Source of the DNA: Takakia lepidozioides
Taxonomy: Eukaryota; Plantae; Bryophyta
DNA: 64,000 nucleotides
Assembly (NCBI GenBank): GCA_030704615.1
Contig: CM060731.1
Location: 18,476,001-18,540,000, forward strand
Direction: 5' to 3'
The notes beneath the pieces were generated by a model that saw only the letters and a list, made by a program, of their open reading frames with translations, searched no databases and was not told the origin of the DNA. Shown here in pieces: positions 51,516 to 63,097 of the stretch (its first letter is position 1; every line of letters begins with the position of its first letter). The translations under genes and the position numbers were made by a program.

Positions 51516-54500
51516 CAAGTGGAGAGACTTTGCCTACCATACGTTTTCCTTAAAAGTGTATGACATCTAGGGTGTATCTGGAGGAGTATTGCCTTTGGAG
51601 GATCTTTGGGGGGTCCTTTGAGGAGCTTTTGTAAGACACTTGAAGAGCTCTTGAAGGGGTGTTTGGAGGACTATTGGGGGTCCTTGAAGACCAATATTTG
51701 GCAAACATTTGGAGCTTTGGAGGGCTATTTGGAGGACTATTTTGGGGTCCTTGAGGGCCAAGATTTGGCAGGCTTTGGGGGCCTTAGTGAGATTGTTTGA
51801 GAGACATCTTGAGGGCTCTTGGAGAGTTAATTGAGAGACCCTGGAAGGTAGTTCTGTCTGTTGGTCATGAGCAAGAGCGTTTAGAGATAAGGGGAGACTA
51901 GTGGGATGAGAGCATTCTGGGATTAAGAATTGCTTTAGTTTCTCTTCCTCGTAGTCTTCCACCCTCTATGTAGGCCAAAACCTTTCCGTAGGTGGAGGCA
52001 AGAGTCAGTTCGGGTTTGGGCTGGGGTGTCCTTGCAGGAACGACACTGTGGAGTGTTTTTTTTTTGTGTGGGGGAGTTACTGTCTTGATTTTCTTGTGTT
52101 TGGATCCCCCCCGCACCTGCATGCTTGACTGTGCGCCATGTCAGTTTTGTGTGGGCGCTTGTTTTCATAGGAGGTTGGTCCGGATTTGATCACCGGCCAA
52201 TCCTAGAGCATGCTGTCGGTGGTGAGGCTGGGGTGATGACCAGTCAGACCACCATTGTTTCTCTTATGGTGAGGCTAGGTTGATGACCAGCAGACCATAT
52301 GAGTGCTTGCGGTGGATGCAGGTGCAAGTTTATGTTACGAACCTAGTAGTCTAAGCCATAAGCCGCAACAGGTTCTCTACCCGGTTACCTTGTGGAAAGG
52401 GGGATTAGAGACAGGTTTACAACATGTGTGGTTGTGAGCTTTCATCACGGAGGTGCCACCAGTTGCTGATGAGAGTGCCGGTACGAGCACCAGCGATACT
52501 AGTGGGTATACAAGACGAGGTGTGCGGTTTAGGCCACCTTCACCTTCAGTGTCTTCTGAGGAAGGTTCAGACCCAGAGTTAGGAGGATTCTTGCTGAGGG
52601 TGCAAGCCATTTCCGTGCCATTGTTGTGGTGGAGGAAATGTATGGAGCTACCAAGGGGCCACGTCGGTACTCTGGAGCTGTGGGCACCATCGAGCTTGAT
52701 GATTTCATACAGGAGTTTGATAGTTGGTGTGATTTACAGCAGATGCGCAATCCACAACTGTTTATGCCTTTCATGGCGTGGAAGGGGTTGTTTCAGCACT
52801 TTGAGGGGCCGCCCATGGATGACTACCATGAGTTTAGGCGGGGACATGAGGTGGAGATTGAGGAATGGCGGGTGTATTGGTCACCTGACTATGTCTCCAT
52901 CACTAGAGGCACAAGGGCAGTGGTGACACCGGCAGCTACACCGGCAGCTTCTGCAAGCAGCAGTGGGACGTCAAGTAGAACAGGACCTGGGAAGTCCACC
53001 CAAGCTCCTGCTGCAGCACCAACACTCGTGCCTGCCTTTAACCTAGTTGTGGAGTTCTTCAAGGAGTTGAGGAGAAACTACCAAGGGATAAGGACAGAGA
53101 AGTTGCGGAGCTTGCAAGAGTTCCAACGAAGGTCTACTGAGAGTTTGAGGGAGGCTTACACTCGCATGAGGCGCTTGATAAACGTAACCCAAGGGGTTAC
53201 AGAAGCTCAGGCAGTCCAATTCTGGTATGGGATCCTGGACAAGGAGCTGAGGAGAAGGGCGCGGGATGCAACTCTCCTACAAGTGGACCAACCCACCGTA
53301 GCAAATGTGTTTTTGCTGGCAGAGCGGATAGAGCTCAATATGGTGGAGGAGCGAGTGGTCATGGTGGGGTTTGGTCAGGAGACACAACGAAGTGGGGCTC
53401 CTAGCCAACAACAACCACTACCCCAACGTGCTCAAGGCAACAAGGGGGCTCAGGCAAAGCCCAGGGAAGGGCCGAGAGGATATCAATTGCAGAGGTCACT
53501 TCCTTCATTCTCAGACCAACAACAGTTGGGTATGACATGTTGGGATTGTGGAGGACCCCATGTTAAGAGAGATTGCCCGGAAAGAGGCAAAGGGCCAGCT
53601 CAGGCACAGCCTACACAACTATAATATGGGCATTGTGGCAAGTATGGGCATGAAGAGGCCCATTGTTATGACTTGCATCCTGAGCTACGGCTAGGCCAGT
53701 TCCAAGGGAACAATGGTGGCCGAGGACGAGGCAATGTAGTCCAGAGAGGTAGAGGAGGCAGAGGTCGGGGTGGAGGACGTAACCAAAACCAAGGAGCATA
53801 GGGTCAGGGTCAAGGTCATGACCAAGGCATGGTGGATAGACTTGCCCAGCTAGAGCAACGTCTTGCTGCCATGGCCACTACTCATGTTGCGCCAGCTCCA
53901 AGGCTTGAGGTTCAAGCCCCACCTGCACAACCTCCTATGCCTAGGGAAGACCAGATTGGTATGGGCTTCATGTGTGGAGCCGCACTTGCAGGACCATTGC
54001 ATGTGGACTCTGGAGCTGCTGTCACTCGAGCAGCAACGCGTGCTCCTGAGCCAAGAGGAGCGGATGTGGATTTTGATCCACAAAGAGGAGAAGCAAGTCA
54101 GCAGACAATGCTTCCACAGTCTTTCACATTGGCTGAGACAGTGCCAACTATGTCATCGATGGCACCCGCTCGCCCAAGTGTGTCAGAAGTAGAGCCACAA
54201 GTGTCATTGGGGAGAGTTGGTTGGTTCGGGAAATGCCAGTGGGTGGTGCAGCAAAGCAAGGTGCAGCCAGTACATTGTTGGGGGCGGCTATGGCAATTTG
54301 CCAAGCTCCATTGTTTTCTGCCACGACAATTGCAATGTCGAGGATGCGGCCAGCTGCAGTGTTTAGACTGGCAGCTAGACTCTGTGAGAGTGGTGATGCA
54401 TCGGCACTATCTGCGGGGATAGCGGATCAGGTGCAGTGCATGGATGCCCTGGATTCAAGGGTGAAGACAGCCACAGCTGCGCCATGGCAAGCGGCAGCTG

Positions 54501-55329
54501 CAAGGTTGCAAGAGTTGCCAGCTAGACCAGCCATCGAGCGTAGTGTGGTGACTCCTGGGGTAGTCCTGGTGGACAATCAGGATGGTGTGTTTCAGTTGGG
54601 TGGCCCGGCCGGGAGGAGGTATAGGCCACTGCGGGTCTTGTTGGACTCAGGAGCACAGCCATTGATGTTGGGGAAAGCAGCAATTGCAGGCTTGGGCCTT
54701 ACAGAGGCGGATTTGGAGCCTTGTTCTTTCCAAATTCAAACATCTTTGGGCGGTTCAGAGAAAGCACGAGGGATTACACGCCATGAGCTCTTCATTCGAT
54801 TGCAGCCAGATCATCCTACAGATGGCTTTGTCATGAGAGCTAAAGCCATTGTTACGGACGCGATGTCTTATGATGTACTTGTTGGTGGGGCTGTGTTATA
54901 CCCGATGGGCTTTACTTTGGACTTTTGGGAGGAAACAACATCCTACAGGCCGGAATGGCAGTCAGGGGATGGTCGGCATGCACTGCTCCCAGTGCGGTTT
55001 ATTGGGAATGTAGCGGTGGATCATAGGAACATGATGCCCACATTGGCTGCATTCTCAGGGGTGGTGAGCTCTTGGAGGGCAATATCCATGCAGATGATAG
55101 GCCACCACCTGATGAGGACAAACAATTGGCATACAAGGCTGATTTGCTTCCTCATGTGTCTGTTCATATTCCACTGTGGGGTACAGTTAGGAATTTGCAT
55201 CGAGTAGCAGACGAATGTGTGCACCAAGCATGGCAGGAGGCCTATCCATTGGTGAGTGAGGGGAGTTCAGCATCTGGACCTCCTTAGTTAGCTCCTTTGG
55301 ATACAGTGCCCATTACCTGGCAACCACCT

Positions 55330-56260
55330 GACTCAGGGATTTGTTTGCTAGACCTGTTTGGAGGCATGAGCACTGGGCTTGCAGGAGTGTTGCAAGCTAG
55401 GATTAAAGTATGCAAGTACTTGTATGTGGAGAAGGATGAGATAGCTCGGCGTATTTCTATGCGCCACATCGCCTTGCTCACACACCGGTATCCTGAGTTG
55501 TTGCCTCTCTCAGCAATTCAAGGGTATCAAAAGGCCTTGCTAGCAGACATTACCTTGCTGGGGACGGATAATTTGGACTGGCATGGTGCCATTGACTTGG
55601 TGATAGCTGGATGGCCTTGCCAATGACACTCTCCCACAGGTCATGGGAACGGCTTGCATGATGCTCGATCGCATTTGTTTTGGGAGATGTTGAGAGTGTT
55701 GCGTGACTTGCAGACGAGGCAAGTGCAACCTCTAGCCTATATCTTGGAGAATGTTCCTCTTATGGGGGACTCTCGGGCCAGGGTTATGGCCAGTGTGCAT
55801 CAAGTGCGGTCTTGGATTGGATCGGCGGTGCTATTGGATGCAGCAGCGGTGGGATCACGAGCATCGACCTCGATTGTGGTGGACCAATCTTGCACCACCA
55901 GAGCTGCTCAAAAGAGCATACGATTCCATTCAACGGCCACCCAATCTCACACTTGAGGGCATTTTGGATCAAGGGAGGCAACCACAGAGGGTGCGACATG
56001 ATGACCGTCCACCTCTAGTAGTGGTAAATTGAGTGGGGCAGCCACGTGCGGCCTTGCCTACGCTCATGAGCTTTCCCTCGTCTCATGCTTTTCGAGACAA
56101 TGGTCCTGGGTTGATTTGGACAGTGTGCTACAGCAATTGGTGGAGCCCAATGCAGATGAGCGAGAGCGGGCAATGGGATATGCCACGGGCACTACAACTG
56201 TGCCAGCTCTGTTAGAGGCATCATGCCGACATGTGTTGGGTCAAGCAATGGAGAGAATTG
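55330..56260 (+). pseudogene. DNMT3-like C5 cytosine methyltransferase domain within the retrotransposon pol
   Basis: Motif I LLDLFGG (55345), II YVEKD, IV DLVIAGWPCQ (PC at ~55615), VI YILENV (~55747), VIII (RA)HRPRLWWTN, IX ERERAMGY, X LGQAM, in canonical order. Confidence 0.92.
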
Positions 56261-59256
56261 CTTGACATGGGTCATTGGCTTGTGCATGGCTGAGCAACGA
56301 AGGTTGCAGACAGTGGTGGCTAATTATGCACTCCCATTTGGTATTGTATCCCCTCTGCCAACCGGGACGGTTGAGGCAGTGAGTGGGGGCGAGCAGCAAT
56401 ATGAGGAGTGGGGAGAGCCATACACTGAGGATCAGTTGGAGGCCAAGGTGGCCAATGTTTTTGAAGAGGTTGAGAATGTTTCTTCCCTAGAGGATGTTTT
56501 CAAGGTGGTTATGGCAGAGCAAGTGGAGGCTACGCCACAGTCAGATTGGGCGGACAAGGCCCAAGAGGTTGCTATCTAGCAACCAAAGGATTCGTCTCCT
56601 ACCCCCAAGCCTGATGTACCCAAGGTTGCAGTCACTGAGGACAATTGGGAACCAGATGTTGGACCTACAGTCACCGGAGGAGAGAGACGGAGGATCCAGC
56701 GATTTCTAAGGGCTTATAGAAATTGCTTTGCCTTCGGTTTGAAGGATTTGGGGAGTTATGAAGGGTCAGGAGATTCGTATTGATTTGGCAAGTGACACGC
56801 CAATCTTTCGAAGGTCCTACCGGTATAGTGACATGGAGAGGTCATTGATCTAGTCACGGACTATGGAGTTGTTCGAAGCTGGATTGGTGGAGTTGTCAGG
56901 CGGGGACTATGCCTCGGCAACGGTGATGCCAGCTAAGAAGGATATCTATGGCAATTGGACAGAAAGAAGGATGTGTGGGGACTATCGTCCTATGAACCGT
57001 CAGACTAAGTCCGATAGATATGTCATGCCAACTCCAGAGGAAATCTTTGATGCCATTGGGCATACGAAGGTGTTTAGCACATTGGACTTGCGATCCGGTT
57101 ACCATCAGTTGCCAATCAAAGAGGCTGACAAGCAAAAGACGACATTCTGGGGGATTGACCAACATGGGAAGGATTGCTTGTACCAATGGCGCTTCCTACC
57201 GTTTGGGTTGAAGAATGCTCCGGCAGAGTTTCAGAGGGTTATGGATAGGATTTTCGTGGGGCTAGACTTTTGCCCGGTGTTACATTGATGACATCATCGT
57301 CTTTAGTGCTACGGTTGAGGAGCATGAGAGACACCTTCAGGTGATGTTTGAACGCTTGAGAGCGCATAGGTTGAAATTGCACCCTAGGAAATACAAGTTC
57401 TTCCACAACCAGATTGAGTATTTGGGCCATATGATATACCCTGGAAGATTGGGTGTTCAAAAGACGAAGGTGGAGGCCATTGCACACATTCCACGCCCCA
57501 TAGATATTAGCAGAGTTCGTGCTTTCATGGGGTTGGCAAACTACTATCGACGGTTTGTCAAGGGATTTAGCAGCATTGCAAAGGCTCTTACTAAGTTGAC
57601 CAAGGTGGGTCAGGAGTGGCAGTGGGAGGAGGAGCAGGAGGAAGCCTTTGAGGAATTCAAGGCTCGATTGACTTCTGCACCTATTCTGAGGCGGCCTATT
57701 CGGGGGCGGCCTTTCCAGCTACATACGGATTGGAGTATGCTGGGGATTAGAGCAGTGCTCACATAGATGGATGATGAGGGAAGAGAGTTTGTAGTGGCAT
57801 ATGCTAGCCGCTCAAACAATGATGCTGAGGCGAAGTATAGTTCCTATGAAGGGGAGTGTCTAGCTGCGGTATGGGCAGTGGCACATTTCAGATGCTACCT
57901 CTATGGCAATCTCTTCACCCTTGTCACGGATCACCAACCATTGAAGTGGTTGATGGAGTCAGACAAGCTTACAAGGAAGCTTGCACAGTGGCCACTTATG
58001 CTTCAAGAATACGATTTTCAGGTGGTGCATCGAGCCGGTATTGTCAATCGGGATGCAGATGGATTGAGTCGTAATCCATGCACGAGCGAGTATGGGAGGA
58101 TGGACGAGTGAGGATTGTGCCTTAGCCAACACAACGAGCGCGATTGGTACGCCATGCCCATGAGGAGTTGAGACATTTTGGGGTGCGGAGCACTCATAGT
58201 TTGCTGCAAAGATAGTACTGGTGGCGGGGCATGCTCACGGATGTGCAACAGTTAGTGGCAAGGTGTATGGTGTGTGATAGATTGCGAGCTTCTTTCAATG
58301 CACCTACTCCACAATTGCATCCTTTACCCATTATGGGTTTGGGCTATCGTTGGAGTCTTGACTTCGCAGGCCCATTGCCACTAACGATTCGTCATAACAA
58401 GTATGTGCTGGTGATGGTGGAACATTTCTCCAAGTGGATTGAACTGGTGGCATTGCCTGACAAGGCAAGTGAGGGGGCTTCGTATGCATTCTTAGATCGA
58501 GTGCTTAGCCAATTTGGTGCTCCAGCCGAGGTACTCACGGACCAGGGGAGAGAGTTCTTGGGGGAGTTTCAGGCTTTGTGTGAGCAAGCCTTGATAGATC
58601 ACGGCACTACTTCTCGGGATCATCCCGAGGCTGATGGCCTGGCAGAAAGGGTTGTACAAACAGTCAAGCGAGGCTTGCGCAAGTATGGCTTGCAGAAGGG
58701 ACACTTAGGAGATTGGGACCTTCAGCTACCTTGGTTGGCCATGGACTATAGGTTTAGCAAACAAGCATCACTTGCCTCGTTCTTGCCGTATTTCCTTCTC
58801 TTTGGCCGAGAGTCAGATTTGCCTGCATCTATTCGCAGGGAGACTACAGTAGTTCTCAACCTTGATGATTCGGATGTGTGGACACAAGCATGTGCCCGAC
58901 GAGCAGAGTTGTTCAAGAGAATCATGCCTATGGCTTTTGAGAACCTTGCTATTGCACAACACCGAGACACGTTGAGGTACACCACTATACGTGGAGGGGG
59001 ATATCGGCCAAGTGTTCGGCGTTTCCACCCTGGGGACTATGTGTATCTGCAGCAGACAGCGCCTACGACTTTGGATGTCACAGCAGGATGTGTGATTCTA
59101 AGGGTCCGGGAGGTGTTGCCTTCAGGAGTGTTGATTCTGGAGGGTCGAGATGGCATGGTATGGAAGGACCATGTGCGCAATTGTGCGCCATGTCACCTTC
59201 TACATGTGGATGGGAGGATAGATCCCAACCTTGCAGTGGTACCTGCAAGGTTGCGT

Positions 59257-59395
59257 TGCATGCTATGTGGGCATGCTGGTGGTGCCGCGACCATGTTGGT
59301 GTGTGACAAATGCTCAAGGGGGTGGCACATGGGATGCTTGACACCGCCACTTGAGGAGGTTCCTAGTGGAGAATGGTTGTGTCCACGATGCCTTG
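59257..59395 (+). other. PHD finger at the integrase C-terminus
   Basis: CMLC..MLVCDKCSRGWHMGCLTPPLEEVPSGEWLCPRC is a C4-H-C3 PHD, in frame with INT. Confidence 0.93.
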
Positions 59396-59748
59396 GACAT
59401 AGGTAGTGGGCATGACAATGGTGGAATTGACAAGTGATCCAAGGTCTAGCTGATGGGAGCTCAACGCCATGGATACTTAATTGAAGATCATGGATTGCAG
59501 GAAGGCAAGTAACGATGGGGCTACTTTTGCACCGGGCCTCTTGATCTATTGACTTTAGATACTGGGACATGTGTGATTGAAGACCAAGCGATGATTTTAT
59601 TGAGATGGATACTTGTCAGCTATCCGGTGTTAGAGGGACCTAATCACCAGCTAGGGGGGCGATTGTGGCATGGTTTTCTAGGATTGTGTGCTTAGAATGT
59701 ATGGTGGACAACGATGTATGTTGTGGCACGATGCTTAGGTGCACGACA

Positions 59749-60060
59749 TGGATTTGTTATGTCCACTGGAGCAGAGTCTTTTGTTGCATAGAATGCCCAT
59801 GTCGAAGCAGTGCGATTGTGGGGCTTCCAAAAATCCCGTTGTTTTTCAAGTACTGGGAGCTGCGCCTCCAAATCCAACACCATCTGTGATGGCGAAACTG
59901 TGGAAGATGACATTGCAGCCGAGGCTTGAGGAGCTGATGTAAATGAGGCTGCATGATGAGCATCCTCCACAACATGGCACTCCACCAAAACTCTCTCATT
60001 ATCAACATTGATGTCAGGAACAACTTCCCTTTCTAGTTCATCAAAAATATTGGGCTCCAT
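59749..60060 (-). pseudogene. hAT transposase 5' part
   Basis: MEPNIF..FWKPHNRTASTWAFY..DITNP leads into the BED finger at 49390. AG acceptor just upstream (~60090). Confidence 0.75.
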
Positions 60061-60329
60061 GACATAAAAAGCTTGTGGACCAACTCCTGTGTAAAAACAA
60101 TGCAAACAAAGAATCCAAAAGGCATTTAATAATTGTGCACAACTCATATATTTACAAAAGTTTGGAATGGTATATGGCTGGCCAAAACGAAAGTGTGGGG
60201 AGAGACACCGCACTGCTCATTTATTATTTCATATTGAGCTGAATGTTACATACATGGCCTACATTTAGATCTACGTTATTTTTTTAATCTAGTACATGTA
60301 CATTTACATTTTCAAATTACAAAAACTAC

Positions 60330-62160
60330 CTAGCAAGTTGGGGGTGGACCAGTCTTATGCTTCAGTGGTCAACTTGGCTACTTCATGCCTTGGGAAATGA
60401 TCTGCAATGTCCCCATCACATATAAATAAATCAGTCCTTGTTGTACCACAACATGAAGAGTTATAACTAAAAATTATGAAGCTTTAAAGTGGGGTGATTG
60501 TCCACAAGAGGTATGGGCAGGCTGTCAAGCCTTCTTGATATTTGTGCTCCCCTTCCGAGTTCAAACTTTCACTATGAGAGGAGGAGCAAATCATCCCTCT
60601 GTTGTACCACACATTGGAAAAAATAAAATAAAAAAACTAAGCTATTAAAGGGTGGGGGCTTACCATAGGATGAGGGGGCTGGTTAGCGGGCTCTAAACTC
60701 GCACTCCTCCTTCTTATGTGTGATCTACATAGCAACAGAGTAGGGGGCTGATCAGCCCCTTGCTATGCCAATTTTCCAGGGAAAAAAAAAATATGCAACA
60801 TTGAATTAGGGGCATGCTTACATGTGTGGTGGAACGGGGGCTGGTTGGTAGGCCTCCCTACTTGCCCTCTTTCCCTCCCATGCACGATCTACAATAGCAA
60901 AAGAGCAAGGGGCTAATCAGCTCCTCTCATATCACAAACTTAAAATAATTAAGAAAATAAAGAACAATGAAGGGGAAGTACACGCGGGTAATGGGGCTGG
61001 TTGGCGGGTCAAGAGGCCTCCTATTTCTACTCCCTTCCCGAGTGCAACATATCAGTATGAGGAAGGGCGAATCAGCCTTTTGTTGTACCACACATTGGAA
61101 AGAATAACATTAAAAACTAAGCTAAAGGGTGGGGGCTTACTACAAGATGAGAGGGGCTGGTTGACGTGCTTTTTTACTTGCACTAGACCTCCTTCTTGTG
61201 TGTGATCTGCATTAGCAACAGCTAATCAGCCCTTGCTATACCAATTTTATGGAAAAAAAAAATGAAGGGGGATGCTTACATGTGCGGTGCAAGAGGGGCT
61301 GGTTGGCCAGCCTTCCTACTTGCCCTCCTTTCCCTCCCATGCACGATCAGCCGTAGCACAAGAGCAATGGGCTAATCAGCCCCTCTTTTAACAAAAAATT
61401 AAACAACTAAAAAAATAAAGCTCAATGAAAGGGAGTTACAAGCGGGTAATGGGGGCTGGTTGGCAGGTCCCTCCCTGCTTTGGGCTCCCTCCCTCTCATG
61501 CAGAATCTGCCATAACAGAAGCCAAAGGGGCTATCTTATCAACCCCCAATTGTATCAAGATTTAAAAAATTTAAAGAAAGGGAAGATACTTACCGGTGGG
61601 TAATGTGGGCTGGTTGGTGGGGCCCTCCTTGCTTGTGCTCCCTCCAATGTAAAATCTACCATAGTGGAGCAAGGGGCTATCAGCCCCTTGGTATATCATC
61701 AAAGAAAACAGGAAAAAAAAAAGAAAAAAAGAAGAAGATGATGATCAATGATTCCCATGGTTGCAGGTGGGGCCCTCACTCGTCCTCCCTACCTCCTGCA
61801 CCACATGCCATAGCAGAAAAGGAGGAGGCTGATTAGCTTCATAGTGAACTAAAGCTAAAAACAGAAAAAATAACCAAAAGTGGTGGATGCTTAAACAAGG
61901 GGCTGGTTGATGACGGGGCTGGTTGCGCGGGCCCTCCTGCTGGCACTTCCTCCCTCCAATGCACCACTTACCACAATACAAGAGCATGGGGCCCATTAGC
62001 TCCGCTGAACCAAAAAATTAAAAAAAAACAAGAACATGGTGGATGCTCACCAACAACAAGCGACGACTGGTTGGCGGGGCCCTCCTGCTTACACTCCCTC
62101 CCTTTGTGTCCACCACGTGCCACAGCAGCAGAAGAGAGATCAGCCCCCTCTTGTGCGATA
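60330..62160. repeat. Degenerate ~120-bp tandem array with ~480-bp higher-order period, within the hAT leader
   Basis: GGGGCTGGTTGG...GGGGCTAATCAGCCCC..poly-A units, ~14 copies. GTTGTACCACACATTGGAAA at 60601 and 61082. Confidence 0.85.
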
Positions 62161-63071
62161 AACTGAGAAGAAAAGAAACAAACAACACATTAAATCAATC
62201 AACCTAAGAGGGAAAGAGAATGGAGATGGAGATGAAATGAGAGCGAGAGAGAAATCAAACAAATAAAGTAGGAGATGGAGACACGGAACACGAACCTTAC
62301 CTGGATTGGAGTAGCGAGCAAGATGTATGCGAGAGAGAGCGAGCTGGATGAGTTGTAGAGACACTTAGGGCTACAGCCCACGGGTGGAACCGGAACCGGA
62401 TGCGCTTTAGAGTCCCCAAACCCCGGTTCCCACACATGTGGTCGTAGCTAGAACCGCCGGTTCCGGTTCCCACACAATCCCCAATTTCCGGTTCCGGTTC
62501 TGCAAAGGCGGGTCCGGTTCCGGTCCGGTTCCACATAACCGGAACCGGAACCGGAACCGGCTGTTACCCGGGGCCAGGCGGGTAACCGCCCAGCACTGGT
62601 CTATTCTTGCTGGCCCTCTTTCTTGTGCCCTTGAGGAAATTGTGGAGTTGTGAAGCCACCCTCAGCCTCAGCGAGAAAGGGAGAGCCAGAGACGGAGACA
62701 GATCAGCAGCTTCCTGTGAATCACTGGCAAAAGAAACATGGCTGGCTCCGAAAAAAACAGACAAAATCAAACCTGACAATTGATGAAAGGCTTCCCCTAC
62801 ATCACCATGTAGTCCCCTAATACTAGTATCTGGCCCAAAACAAAGAAAACAAAAGATATGTTCATCTTGAGAATTATGAAAAATTTCGATACCCTTACAA
62901 AGGTATCATGTTGAAGTTGGGATGTGTGTTCTATATAAGTTTAATATATCAAACTCTTACACGTTGATACTCTTACATTGGTATCATGTTTGGTATATGT
63001 ACATAGCCATATATTGGCACCAACATCCACAAAGAGAGACAATCCCACTTTTACAAGCGCTTTGTGACTTC

Positions 63072-63097
63072 CTCTCTCTCTCTCTCTCTCTCTCTCT
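63072..63097. repeat. (CT)n microsatellite
   Basis: Seen directly. Confidence 0.9.

Larger units (their letters stand above)
52630..59406 (+). pseudogene. Ty3/Gypsy gag-pol with domain order gag-CCHC-PR-DNMT-RT-RNaseH-INT-PHD (decayed)
   Basis: Zinc knuckles CWDCGGPHVKRDC and GHCGKYGHEEAHC; PR VLLDSGA; [30 protein letters not shown]; RH HTDWS..VVAYASR..TDH; INT WSLDFAGP..TDQG..DGLAER. Multiple stops and frameshifts. Confidence 0.92.
49402..59748 (+). mobile_element. Composite LTR-retrotransposon insertion inside the hAT transposase
   Basis: Begins TGTCATG and ends CACGACA, with TGGA duplicated on both flanks. Flanks rejoin the hAT BED region (WAFY..DITNP / MRC). Confidence 0.75.
46625..62598 (-). 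mobile_element. hAT DNA transposon
   Basis: TIRs CAGTGTTGGGCGGTT / AACCGCCCAGCACTG. 8-bp TSD GTCTATTC at 46617-46624 and 62599-62606. CCGGTT subterminal repeats at both ends. Confidence 0.96.

Noticed and set aside
52371-52390. GGTTCTCTACCCGG as PBS of the DNMT-Gypsy
   Set aside because: Could not match it to a tRNA from memory; needs a tRNA search.
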